Positions 32,101 to 40,699 of a stretch of DNA of 64,000 nucleotides are shown in pieces. The position numbers and the translations under genes are program-made. Below the pieces are notes generated by a model that made no database searches, had not been told where the DNA came from, and saw nothing but the letters and a program-made list of their open reading frames with translations. The stretch is from positions 48,135-112,134 of IMG/VR virus record IMGVR_UViG_3300025120_000001. The stretch is one strand, 5' to 3'. The stretch is from a virus. The stretch's first letter is position 1; each line of letters starts with the position of its first letter.

Positions 32101-35100
32101 TATTATCTCTCTTTTGTATCTCTGCGTGAAACAATTCTGAAGTTTCTTCATATCTGTGTGGATCATAGTATCTACCTTCTGGCGTATCTTCCCAATCTCT
32201 AAATGGTAGATTAACTTCTGATTCTGTAAAGAAATCTACTACACCATTACAATGAGTATACATGTATCCATATCTCATTGCAAATGCAGGATTACCTCCT
32301 TTGTTATCAAATATCTCATCAATACCTGTTACACATGAACCCGAACCTCTATCTAAATAAAATAGATCATTTGGCATTGCGTCTGATGCACCAGATCCTA
32401 TAATAGTTGTTAGTTTTTTTGCTAGTTCTGTAGTGTCATATTTCCTAGTGTCCATCCAAAATCTTGGATATGGGATATTTATTCTTTGTAAGTAGTTATA
32501 AGGGAATTGATCTGGTTGGCCATATAAAAAATCTGTGAATATAGGCATGATAACCTTCTCGGTATATCTATCAACATATGTATCTCCGCTAAATATTGGT
32601 GTAGTTGTGTAAGTTCTATCTGGTTTATCATCAGTAGTATCTATTGGATATACACAAGTGGGCATTGTAACTTGCTTAATACCTTCAAGCTGACCATATT
32701 GATTTTCAAAGTTAAACTTTAATGCACCATATAAAACTGATATATCTTTGGTTTGATTTATATCAGGGTTCTTAATAAACTGATTTCCGGAACCTCCATC
32801 TGCATCGCCACCAAGGGTAAATCTTGATTTATCTACAGGGGCTCCAAATACCTGCGGTTCATCTAATTCAGAACTTGTTTGAATAACTACAGTGTCTGGT
32901 CTAAATAAATTATTTACTTTAAAATCTGTATTGAATGTTTGAAAAGTACTCCCAATATAGTTTGATTCTATATTTCTAGCTCTATATATTTGTCCAGCTT
33001 GTGTTTTATCATATGAATCAAATAAACCGTGAGAGTTATACTTATATGCAAAATCTTCCGCAGAAACTAAGTTGTATAATAAATCTATAATTTTTTGAGC
33101 ACCAATTGCAATATGTGTCCGAGAACCTGTTACATTCAAAACAAGTTTGTAAATGAAAGATAATGCAGAATGTTCTGTATCTTTAACATATTCTCTATCA
33201 AAACCACCACCTGACATACCAGGTGTTGCTGCTCCAATCGTTTGTTGTACTCCTCCAATAATAGGAAGTGCTATGTCATTAATAGCACCACCCATTGCCG
33301 TAACATCAAATATTTTAGAAGTTTCATCTAATAATACATTTATTGCAACATTTCCTGCTATAGTACCAAGACCTACACCTAATGATGTGGGATAAGCAGC
33401 AATGTTAAATCCAGGAGCATTGGTTCCAACAGGCCCTATAAATACTGGCTGCCATGGTGCATTAAGATTATTAGCATCACGTGTTGTTACTTTTTGTTTA
33501 CCTTGCATTTGACCAATTGCATAACCAATACCTACAATACCGGCTACAATAGCAGCACCATTTCTTAATAATTTATTTTGAGGATGTTTTTCACTTACCT
33601 TAAAGTTACCTACACTTTCTCCGCTAACGGCTCCATAAATCCTAACTTCATATGGATTTAGAAAAGGTCTTCTAAACATTAGTTCTGGAGAGTGAAATGT
33701 AAATACATCTTTCCTATAACCTGTTATTGGTGTAAAATTGCTAAGACTGTCAGCGTAATTTGCCATACAACCACTTGTCTTAGGCATTGGATCAGTCTCC
33801 CATATAGCCCAGTTTAAGTTACCACCAGGTGTACCAACACCATCCCAGTGATATGTATCCGCTCTTAGATCATTGTAAGGAAAGTTTGGATATAAACCTT
33901 TACTAGGACCAAGATTTCCATCATTATTAGGAATATCATATTCCCTCATGTTTCTAAATATACCCTTTGCAAGTATAGATTTATTACCTTCTCTAGATCC
34001 CCTTAATATTTCATACCCAACAATATTAGGTATTATGGTTCCGTCATTGTATACCGGAGCTGTAATGTTGTTAAACTCTACTCCCAATAATCTTATCTTA
34101 GCGCCATTACCTGATGATAGTGCTAAAGCAGGAGCAATTTCTTCAGAAGGCATCTTATGATGTCTAATTTCTTTACCGCATAAATCTCCCCATATATCCG
34201 GCTTTGTTGCAGGATATCTTTCTGTAGACTGCCAATAAGCCATACCACCTTTGGCAATAATAACACCGCCATCATCTGTAGTTAAACCTGCAATTGTTGT
34301 ACCTAAAGGCGGTCCTGAAGTTGCTGTATTATATACTTGGAAATTATATTCTTGCCCTGAAGCACTTATAACATTAGTTCCTGAAGTAGTACCAAGATCT
34401 GGAGCAGGTTGACCGAATTGATTTTCAGCTGCAAGATCAGGAGCTCTTCCTGGTATATGGTATGATGCAGATTTTTCTCCTGTATTGTATATCCACCTTA
34501 TAAAAAAAGGATATACTTCATCTCTCATAAATTGAGTTTTATTACCACCCTCAAAATAATATCCAGAAGGATATTCGGCCACTACCCACTTAGCTTGTAT
34601 TTGATTTGCTAAAGGTTGATAATTAAAATCAAATTGTTCTGTAGGTCCTTGTCTTATAAGATAGTCATTTACTACATACATAGATTCTGATCTCTCATAT
34701 GCTGGACTTCTTAAAAATAATAATGATAGTTGTACAGCAGGTAAAGCAGGGTCAATAAAATCAACTGATATTCTAGATTGCTCTGTACTGTAAACACCTA
34801 ACTTTGTTCCTACTTTTGCACCTTGATTATCAGAAAATATAACCACTTCATATTCTTCAAAATCTTGATCTAAATTTGTTATATCAATAATTAAAGAACC
34901 ACCGTTATTCCTATGATCAAAGAGTGCTTGTAAATTTGATACTCCTATATAATCTGTAACTTTTTGACCATTTAATACATATGCAACATATGCCTGATAA
35001 CTACCATTTCTTAACTGGCCGCCATCTTCATTTTTGCTAAGCTTTACGCAAGGTGTATCTAATAATGGAGCTAACCTTAACTGTTCGCAATTTAACTCTG

Positions 35101-35605
35101 TGGTATCTTCATAAATAACGCAATCAGCACCGGGTGCAGATGTTATTATTTGTTTATATGGAACATTATCTAAATTTAAAGTTCTAGAAGGATTATTACT
35201 ATCATCCCAATATACTTGCCAAGTACAATCATAATTTTCCTTAGCTGCACCTGTTATTAAATATTTTCTATTAAAACTTAAACATGGATCATTTACTAAA
35301 GTTTCATATTTACATTCGCTATCATCAAATATTCCAATTTCAGAATTTATATCATCCGTAGAATAAATTACCCACTGATCTCCATATGTTTTAATAGAAC
35401 CAATAATTGTATAAGGTACTATAGCACATAAAAGATTTGCTGGTTCATTTCCTATAACTCCTATATCTCCATCTACAGAATTATTTGCAGCATTTACAGC
35501 ATGTCCCCAAACTTCCTTTTTATTAAGGCTGGGGAATGTATCTTTTTGCATTCCGCCTGAAAATGCATTTGTTTCAGTAGAAGATGTATTTTGCTGCTTT
35601 GCCAT
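29156..35605 (-). CDS. Tail stabilisation/muzzle protein (P22 gp10-like, crAss type) with Cys-rich and PA14-like insertion
   Basis: 2149 aa; N-terminal NAFSGGM..D, FMRDEVYPF, YWQSTERYP, IRHHKMP, GDTYVDRY, WTVSYD...WISFHDW. Position between ring proteins and cargo genes. Confidence 0.82.
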   Translation of the reverse strand: MAKQQNTSSTETNAFSGGMQKDTFPSLNKKEVWGHAVNAANNSVDGDIGVIGNEPANLLCAIVPYTIIGSIKTYGDQWVIYSTDDINSEIGIFDDSECKYETLVNDPCLSFNRKYLITGAAKENYDCTWQVYWDDSNNPSRTLNLDNVPYKQIITSAPGADCVIYEDTTELNCEQLRLAPLLDTPCVKLSKNEDGGQLRNGSYQAYVAYVLNGQKVTDYIGVSNLQALFDHRNNGGSLIIDITNLDQDFEEYEVVIFSDNQGAKVGTKLGVYSTEQSRISVDFIDPALPAVQLSLLFLRSPAYERSESMYVVNDYLIRQGPTEQFDFNYQPLANQIQAKWVVAEYPSGYYFEGGNKTQFMRDEVYPFFIRWIYNTGEKSASYHIPGRAPDLAAENQFGQPAPDLGTTSGTNVISASGQEYNFQVYNTATSGPPLGTTIAGLTTDDGGVIIAKGGMAYWQSTERYPATKPDIWGDLCGKEIRHHKMPSEEIAPALALSSGNGAKIRLLGVEFNNITAPVYNDGTIIPNIVGYEILRGSREGNKSILAKGIFRNMREYDIPNNDGNLGPSKGLYPNFPYNDLRADTYHWDGVGTPGGNLNWAIWETDPMPKTSGCMANYADSLSNFTPITGYRKDVFTFHSPELMFRRPFLNPYEVRIYGAVSGESVGNFKVSEKHPQNKLLRNGAAIVAGIVGIGYAIGQMQGKQKVTTRDANNLNAPWQPVFIGPVGTNAPGFNIAAYPTSLGVGLGTIAGNVAINVLLDETSKIFDVTAMGGAINDIALPIIGGVQQTIGAATPGMSGGGFDREYVKDTEHSALSFIYKLVLNVTGSRTHIAIGAQKIIDLLYNLVSAEDFAYKYNSHGLFDSYDKTQAGQIYRARNIESNYIGSTFQTFNTDFKVNNLFRPDTVVIQTSSELDEPQVFGAPVDKSRFTLGGDADGGSGNQFIKNPDINQTKDISVLYGALKFNFENQYGQLEGIKQVTMPTCVYPIDTTDDKPDRTYTTTPIFSGDTYVDRYTEKVIMPIFTDFLYGQPDQFPYNYLQRINIPYPRFWMDTRKYDTTELAKKLTTIIGSGASDAMPNDLFYLDRGSGSCVTGIDEIFDNKGGNPAFAMRYGYMYTHCNGVVDFFTESEVNLPFRDWEDTPEGRYYDPHRYEETSELFHAEIQKRDNNYTYDYSLSASRFATNLTKGGVIQPRDYNPEIAETCFTNYPKRLIYSLQAQEESKKDFWRVFLPNNYKDFKDRVNIIKPTNKSGAVIFFPYQSPQMFQGLDQLQTDLGTKLTIGDGGLFSQPFQNLVNSDLSNEYGSCESQRGVMNTPFGFFFISQAQGKVFQQNGQGLQPISNSGMKWWFNKYLPSNLISQYPALEFSKLADNPVIGVGCQVAYDISDDIVYFCKRDYSVRDEYLNSVSYDAEADCFTFSGKLPPLNPHVDYKDPLVPPVYQKPGSRTAQLNQTNTQVGIEEVDANVIGIAEPIASIPSIPPIANTRCIEIGDPQYFNDCSWTVSYDPKSQAWISFHDWHPELNLSSINHFLTTQSGTTDIPQCPEGYVYNAITRDCERLINQTEPARVTVIDTPIGIQTECPEGFTYNEKTGVCESFTIFPVSCGEEIKVNKAQQEEVYGDFGTRFYESATGRPLPISSVSSSSPFRLDDALGNELLVDNYLPDPCGSWSSSCDLWRNRLNTVGVWTEAGNNPQPVGEWIGFTVCVQVEVQKEYCIGIAADNRTRFSVNGDLTVQLNNSDTNNFKYWHVIPITLNPGTNIITLEGYNDGSYASFGAEVYDADAATLATITDDATLATVTLYSTREATLGGIFEIGTTIGCSCPNGGILTNCGGQLQCIEIETVPLAGDCECESVGGGTLVYYDPIARNFTNPDGDCFDGDIPPPICRTVTCLCPPGSDPDAIVIQSGDCDDVYQAGPNGNPNYINPNPRMCTYNLLESTEPNFDIGGIWRHNYRCDLFANYYGIDYPWEVELVEHTGQNVMTIRSLEYQLESYVYKGDQFNACGDDRWHDLDFNFDESIIYNSEQVSGLLRLELEPKEDPLNALTYPIINSNDIQILYSKVEQKFRFNQFWDVTDDRGEFTNAERNILITECNGYIRNLNPVNLNYNKAEDQRKKFRHYYNKILLRRNLSNNRKMLLKLVNSKLNLSFR

Positions 35606-35607
35606 TT

Positions 35608-36513
35608 TTAAGATAGGTTATATAGTGCATTTCCATTAGGTGGAGAACTCTTAAACATATTATAGTAATTATGATATTGAGCTCTTCTATTTAAAGTCCA
35701 CACTTTTCTAAGTTCTGCAAAATCAGGAGTATTAATAAATCCTAATGCATTATTTCTAGCAGCTCTTAAGCGTCCTTCAATAAGACCAAGTTGCTGAGAA
35801 ACATTTTCGCCAGCAAATATCATATTTTCTAGAATTCGTTGTTTAAGAGCGTACTCATAATATTCATTACAATAAGGATGATCTAATACTAAAAGATTAC
35901 CATTATGATCTTCCATTGCGCCTTGATAGCTCATGTATACTTTACCGGTAGTAAAACTTGTAATTATAAATCCATCTTTAATTTCTGCAATATCAGCAGC
36001 TTGTTCTCCTAAATTAGCGCAATCACAAGTGGCATCATTTACAGTATCTATTCGTAAGGGCATAAAAGCACTAAAGGTTCTATATTGAGAACCATTTACT
36101 CTTTGCACTAATTGATGTTGATTAGTATCATTGCATGTTTTTATAACACAAACATCTCTGCAAGTTGGATCATCACAAGGTCCGGATTCTCCTGGAGCGG
36201 GAACATAAGGAACATCATTAAACGTTTCTATGTGTGTCCCTGATGGTGGTCTATCAGCTATAGTATATTCCCCGCATCTAAATGCATAATTTAAGTATGC
36301 AAAGTCTGAAGGTAATTTGGCTTTACCATGTTCTATATCTAAAACTATTTCTTTAGTTCTATGAATCCTAAGCCCTAAGTCATAGTTAACTCTTGTTGCT
36401 ACCTTTATTAATGCAGCGGGATCCATCATGTTCTCTAATGCATAATTTGAAAAGTCAATTGACACATCTTCATATAATGAATCAAAGGTTCTATATTTAT
36501 GTGATATACTCAT
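35608..36513 (-). CDS. Putative tail ring/adaptor protein
   Basis: 301 aa, immediately upstream of the muzzle gene; GKAKLPSDF and Y.G...D..G.LLVLD...YEYAL pattern typical of ring proteins. Confidence 0.6.
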   Translation of the reverse strand: MSISHKYRTFDSLYEDVSIDFSNYALENMMDPAALIKVATRVNYDLGLRIHRTKEIVLDIEHGKAKLPSDFAYLNYAFRCGEYTIADRPPSGTHIETFNDVPYVPAPGESGPCDDPTCRDVCVIKTCNDTNQHQLVQRVNGSQYRTFSAFMPLRIDTVNDATCDCANLGEQAADIAEIKDGFIITSFTTGKVYMSYQGAMEDHNGNLLVLDHPYCNEYYEYALKQRILENMIFAGENVSQQLGLIEGRLRAARNNALGFINTPDFAELRKVWTLNRRAQYHNYYNMFKSSPPNGNALYNLS

Positions 36514-36523
36514 TACTTATGTT

Positions 36524-36850
36524 TTAGCAATTCCATTTTCTTAAAGCCAAAGCTTTTCTAGTAGGCTTTCCATTAGGTTTTTTCATTGGTCCCTTTACTC
36601 CACTCATTCTTGCACAAAATGATTTTCTTCTTTTAGCTGACTTACTACCCGCTTTTAGTTTAGAAGGTTTGGTAGTTACTGCAGTTTGCAATTTAGATCC
36701 TGGATTCTCTTTCCTGTATGATGCAACACCTTTTGCATTCAAACCCCCTTTAGGATCTTTACCTTCTTTTCTAGTCCAAGCAGCTGTAGAACCGCCCTTC
36801 TTAAACATGCCGGGAACTCTAACACCTTGTGAATTGTATATTGGATTCAT
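36524..36850 (-). CDS. Small basic protein (DUF6321-like) with N-terminal 20-aa tag ending KKGG
   Basis: AAWTRKEGK..KGGLNAKG...RRKSFCARM...LRKWNC resembles a family common in aquatic phages; very Lys/Arg-rich. Confidence 0.8.
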   Translation of the reverse strand: MNPIYNSQGVRVPGMFKKGGSTAAWTRKEGKDPKGGLNAKGVASYRKENPGSKLQTAVTTKPSKLKAGSKSAKRRKSFCARMSGVKGPMKKPNGKPTRKALALRKWNC

Positions 36851-36851
36851 A

Positions 36852-36989
36852 TTATTTCTTTTTAGGTTTGGTGTGACGAAATCCTAGTTTTTTCATACGT
36901 AAATGATCTGCCATTTTTTTAGCCATAGTACCTTTCCCAGTCTTTGGGTTATACATCATGTGTGCTTTAAACTTTTTAGTTGCTGCCAT
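36852..36989 (-). CDS. 45-aa basic protein MAATKKFKAHMMYNPKTGKGTMAKKMADHLRMKKLGFRHTKPKKK (not in ORF track)
   Basis: Hand translation; fills the gap between its neighbours with 1-nt spacers. Confidence 0.75.
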   Translation of the reverse strand: MAATKKFKAHMMYNPKTGKGTMAKKMADHLRMKKLGFRHTKPKKK

Positions 36990-36990
36990 A

Positions 36991-37290
36991 TTATTTTTTT
37001 TTATACATTCCAGGAACTCTTGTTCCTACATTATTATATAACGGCTCACCGCCATAATTTGCTTTTGAAGTTCTATTTCCCATTCCTACTTTTCTTTTCT
37101 TAGCAACTTCTTTTTTCTTATCAACCTGACTCCACGTTTTAGGAGTATTGCCAGAAACTTTTTTACTAGGTCTACATTTCTTAATACCTTTAGTTTTAGA
37201 ACTGCCGCATTCTCTACCATTCTGGTCTGTCCATTTCTCATTAAACCATCGTTTAAGAGCTGCTCCTTTAGCTGTCTTTCTAACCGCCAT
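36991..37290 (-). CDS. Small basic protein (DUF5872-like) with C-terminal tag after NYGG
   Basis: LKRWFNEKW...CG...CRPSKKVS..TPKT; ends ANYGGEPLYNNVGTRVPGMYKKK. Confidence 0.78.
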   Translation of the reverse strand: MAVRKTAKGAALKRWFNEKWTDQNGRECGSSKTKGIKKCRPSKKVSGNTPKTWSQVDKKKEVAKKRKVGMGNRTSKANYGGEPLYNNVGTRVPGMYKKK

Positions 37291-37469
37291 TATTTTCCTG
37301 CTTTCTTTTTTCTACACTTAGCAATCATTCCACTAGCATAAGCGGACGGAAATACTTTATGAGCTTTCTTAGCTGCATAGTAACAAGAATCTTTTTTGGT
37401 TTCTGATGAACCGCCTTTCTTGTACATACCGGGTACTTTAACTCCTACATTATTATACACTGATTCCAT
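37290..37469 (-). CDS. 59-aa basic protein MESVYNNVGVKVPGMYKKGGSSETKKDSCYYAARKAHKVFPSAYASGMIAKCRKKKAGK (not in ORF track)
   Basis: Hand translation; TAATG stop/start overlap with the next gene; carries the shared tag. Confidence 0.8.
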   Translation of the reverse strand: MESVYNNVGVKVPGMYKKGGSSETKKDSCYYAAKKAHKVFPSAYASGMIAKCRKKKAGK

Positions 37470-37472
37470 ATC

Positions 37473-38147
37473 TTATCTATTAACGTTTACTTTATTATCT
37501 CCATCTTCTACCGGAAGTTGAACTGTTAACATCATTGCTTGAACAACAGCTTGTTCAATTTCTGCAAATAATGCATCCGGTATATTTATTTCTTGCATAT
37601 ATCTAGGAGTACACTCCGCATATTCTTCACATAACCATTGTCCTATATTATCATCAAATACACCTTCAAGTTTAATTGCATCCCATGCAACATTTGGTAA
37701 ATAAATATATCCATTTAAATACCACCAATATTTTCTTTTATTGTATCTAAAAGATGTAGTTTTAGTAATAGATGTGTATGTTCCCGGTTGAGTTGCCTGA
37801 GCTTCAATTGAACTGTCAATTGAGCTAACAGTTCTAACCAGAGGACCCCAATAACCCTCAATAAAATCAGGTAGTTTTTCTTTTGATCTTTTTATAGTAC
37901 ATCCGCTTTCAATACCAGAACAGTGGGCTTCAACTTTATCTACATCAATAAGTTCTATGTATGGAAGCGTTTTCCAAACAGCATTAAACTTCATTAATTT
38001 ATTTGCAAAGTCTTGTCTACGCATGAACATTTGAGCATACTTTGTAACTAAACTATATACATATCTATCAGTAACAAAAGCATCTTGAACTTCCGCTTTT
38101 ACTTGACCACGCACTCTTGATATAACTTCTCCTATTGTTGTTGCCAT
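37473..38147 (-). CDS. Putative tail ring/tubular protein
   Basis: 224 aa; follows the IHF-like gene as in the crAss gene order; YWWYLNGYIYLPN...IKLEGVF. Confidence 0.6.
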   Translation of the reverse strand: MATTIGEVISRVRGQVKAEVQDAFVTDRYVYSLVTKYAQMFMRRQDFANKLMKFNAVWKTLPYIELIDVDKVEAHCSGIESGCTIKRSKEKLPDFIEGYWGPLVRTVSSIDSSIEAQATQPGTYTSITKTTSFRYNKRKYWWYLNGYIYLPNVAWDAIKLEGVFDDNIGQWLCEEYAECTPRYMQEINIPDALFAEIEQAVVQAMMLTVQLPVEDGDNKVNVNR

Positions 38148-38149
38148 AA

Positions 38150-38713
38150 TTATAGTTCAAATTCGTTATAATCTTTTAGAGCACTTTTATCTATTTTATT
38201 TTGATACAAATGCGCTATCTGATACTTATTTTGTATGACTGCATATTTAGTCCAGTCTTTTGGATATTCAGATGCCACAGATCTTTTAAATTCTCGGCAG
38301 GCCTCAAATTTCCAAAGTTCTCTATTTTTGAATTTATATTTTACAGATGCATTAGTATAGAATATTTTGCCAATATTACCGTCTGTATCCCAATTGTTAT
38401 TATGAAATATTTTACCTTGCTCGCTTGATCTGGCATAATCAATATTATTTTTATATTTTGCCGGAGAGCATGTACCTATAAACAAATAACCCAATGAGTC
38501 TGGTAACTGTACGCCATCTCTATTTTCTATTACACCTTCCCATAAATTCTTATTATAGAGTTTAATTATCTTTTTTAATTTATCATTATGTATCCCGCTA
38601 TATTTGGGATACTTTTCTTTAAATTCATTTAATACGTTCTTATTTAAAAGACTTAATCTTTTCTCTCTAAATCTAGGAGCGTTTAGATTGGGTTTTTTAA
38701 ATTTTTTTGCCAT
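38150..38713 (-). CDS. IHF/HU-like DNA-binding protein of the crAss structural module
   Basis: Basic; helix followed by GVQLPDSLGYLFIG and WKFEACREFKR, resembling the IHF fold; conserved position before the tail ring genes. Confidence 0.55.
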   Translation of the reverse strand: MAKKFKKPNLNAPRFREKRLSLLNKNVLNEFKEKYPKYSGIHNDKLKKIIKLYNKNLWEGVIENRDGVQLPDSLGYLFIGTCSPAKYKNNIDYARSSEQGKIFHNNNWDTDGNIGKIFYTNASVKYKFKNRELWKFEACREFKRSVASEYPKDWTKYAVIQNKYQIAHLYQNKIDKSALKDYNEFEL

Positions 38714-38724
38714 AGCCTGTATAT

Positions 38725-38742
38725 TATAATTTACAAAAAAAA
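38725..38742 (-). promoter_or_regulatory. Putative late promoter TTTTGTAAATTATA
   Basis: Recurring motif upstream of 38713. Confidence 0.55.
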
Positions 38743-38771
38743 CCGCACTTATAAAAGTTAAACATTAAAGT

Positions 38772-39998
38772 TTAATTTGCGGTATAGGTTATTTCACATA
38801 TATTACCTTTACTTGGTGATTGTAATTCTAGTTTAGCTGATCGTCTATTACCTACAAACTTCTTGCTATAATGCCAATAATCTGTTTTAGATAAACTTGG
38901 TAAAGTTTTATGAATAAAGCCAGCGGTTTCATTTGTTGTAACATATTCAACTTTTTTATTTGTATGGAAATGTCCAGTAAACAATGTTCTATTCTTAGTA
39001 GATCCCCATTGCATTGGAAATTCAGTTGCATAAACAATAGGTGTATTTTTACTTACCGCATCTCCGTGTTCAAATGCGTTAAAGTTATCATTCCACACAT
39101 GCACTTTTCTTTCTTCATATTCTATATCCCATGTTATACTAGGATGATCTTTTATTGATTTAGATAAAGCATGAACTAAATGAAATGAAGATAACCTATC
39201 ATGATTACCGGGTACATAAACTATAGTCAAATGCTCTACGTGCTGGACCATTACTTCAATAGCCCAATGCATTGCATCAAATGCCTGAATATATGCATCT
39301 GTAGCTGTTAAACTATTACCTACAGGTGTTCCGCTAGTAGTTGTTCCTTGAAAAGTATCCATGTTAATTAAATCACCACCTACAACAAAAAATAACTCTT
39401 CAATATTATGAGAAGCTATTCCTTTTTGTATAAGGTCTTTAACAGCATCTTCAAAATCCCGGTCTACAGTTTCATTACCTTCTTTTCCAAAATGAATATC
39501 TTGCAAAGACATGATACCGCAAACTTGTTCTCTATCTGGTGATAGTGAATATCCCTTTGGCTTAGAAAGATTAGGTATTTTATGTTGTTGTGGTTTCCAT
39601 GTATCTAGAAGTTCTTTTAGATAATCCTCTTCACCTTTTTTAATTTTAGTAACAAGAGCTGATATACGCCAATGATCAGACATCTGTTTATTCCAGTATT
39701 GTGATAATCTCCACTTTGTTGTGTCAATATTTAAAAGAATAATTATTTCATCTGGAGATTTTGGTTCTGTTTGTGAAATTCCTTGCAATCTAGCTTCTCC
39801 TTTATCAACATTTACATTCTGATCAAAGTTAATGTTTGCATTTCTTTGGAATTTATTTTTAAGTCTTTTTTCTTTTTGAACTTCTTTTCTAAGTCTTTTA
39901 TATTCTGATTCTAAAATCCCAAGTTTTGCTGCGCAATAAGCAGCTGTTTTTTTCCACTTAAAGGTTTCTATTATCTGTCTCTTAAGTTTTGGATTCAT
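38772..39998 (-). CDS. Calcineurin-like metallophosphoesterase with N-terminal extension
   Basis: All five motifs present: DIH, GGDLIN, GNHD, EHGD, GHFH. Confidence 0.88.
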   Translation of the reverse strand: MNPKLKRQIIETFKWKKTAAYCAAKLGILESEYKRLRKEVQKEKRLKNKFQRNANINFDQNVNVDKGEARLQGISQTEPKSPDEIIILLNIDTTKWRLSQYWNKQMSDHWRISALVTKIKKGEEDYLKELLDTWKPQQHKIPNLSKPKGYSLSPDREQVCGIMSLQDIHFGKEGNETVDRDFEDAVKDLIQKGIASHNIEELFFVVGGDLINMDTFQGTTTSGTPVGNSLTATDAYIQAFDAMHWAIEVMVQHVEHLTIVYVPGNHDRLSSFHLVHALSKSIKDHPSITWDIEYEERKVHVWNDNFNAFEHGDAVSKNTPIVYATEFPMQWGSTKNRTLFTGHFHTNKKVEYVTTNETAGFIHKTLPSLSKTDYWHYSKKFVGNRRSAKLELQSPSKGNICEITYTAN

Positions 39999-40049
39999 AG
40001 TACTTTTTTTGATTTACGGTTTTATAAATGTATAAAAAATTTAATTAGG

Positions 40050-40080
40050 AAAAAAGAAGCCCAGTAGTTATACCGGGCTC
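40050..40080 (-). terminator. Rho-independent terminator
   Basis: Minus strand GAGCCCGGTA-TAAC-TACTGGGCTT followed by CTTTTTT. Confidence 0.8.
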
Positions 40081-40132
40081 CCTAACTTTGGTAATAAAAA
40101 ACCAACAAATTATCACCTCTGTTATTAAAGGG

Positions 40133-40681
40133 TTATAGTAGTGTTGTAAATAAAATTTCAACACTATCGCATGTTGCAGCACCAGCATCAGTTGATGTTA
40201 GTTTAACTTTATAATTAGTGGCTCCCACAAGACCTGTTAGAGCTAACTGCAAAACAGTAGGGCTAACAACTCCAGCAGAAACATAACCTGTTCCAGGATC
40301 AACAAAAACTTCTATTTGAGTAGTTAGCGTTGATTCACCATTCCAAAGTATCATTGCTCCATTATTAGTTACATTAGCTGCATACAAATTATAAGGTGCA
40401 TGATGTAGATCATCTGAAGTACATCCGCCAATTCCTTGACTCATCATTAAAGCCATTTTCTGAATTATTGAATCTAACCTTTCTCCTGTTTCAATCTTTA
40501 AAAGACTTCCTGCAGTGCCTATTTGAAAAGTGGTTCCGCAATAACTTATACATTCTGTACAAGATACTTCAGAACATCTTTCACTTCCTACACTACAATC
40601 TGTATAAGTACAGGGATTAGTGATTGCTGGATCTGAACAACCACATTTATTAGGATTACATTTATTACAATTACAAGCCAT
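40133..40681 (-). CDS. Cys-rich virion protein with C-terminal FN3-like domain
   Basis: Cys-dense N-terminus; APYNLYA..VT...W...LTGLVGATNYKVKL FN3 signature. Confidence 0.6.
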   Translation of the reverse strand: MACNCNKCNPNKCGCSDPAITNPCTYTDCSVGSERCSEVSCTECISYCGTTFQIGTAGSLLKIETGERLDSIIQKMALMMSQGIGGCTSDDLHHAPYNLYAANVTNNGAMILWNGESTLTTQIEVFVDPGTGYVSAGVVSPTVLQLALTGLVGATNYKVKLTSTDAGAATCDSVEILFTTLL

Positions 40682-40699
40682 TTTTTTATTTTTTAATTA

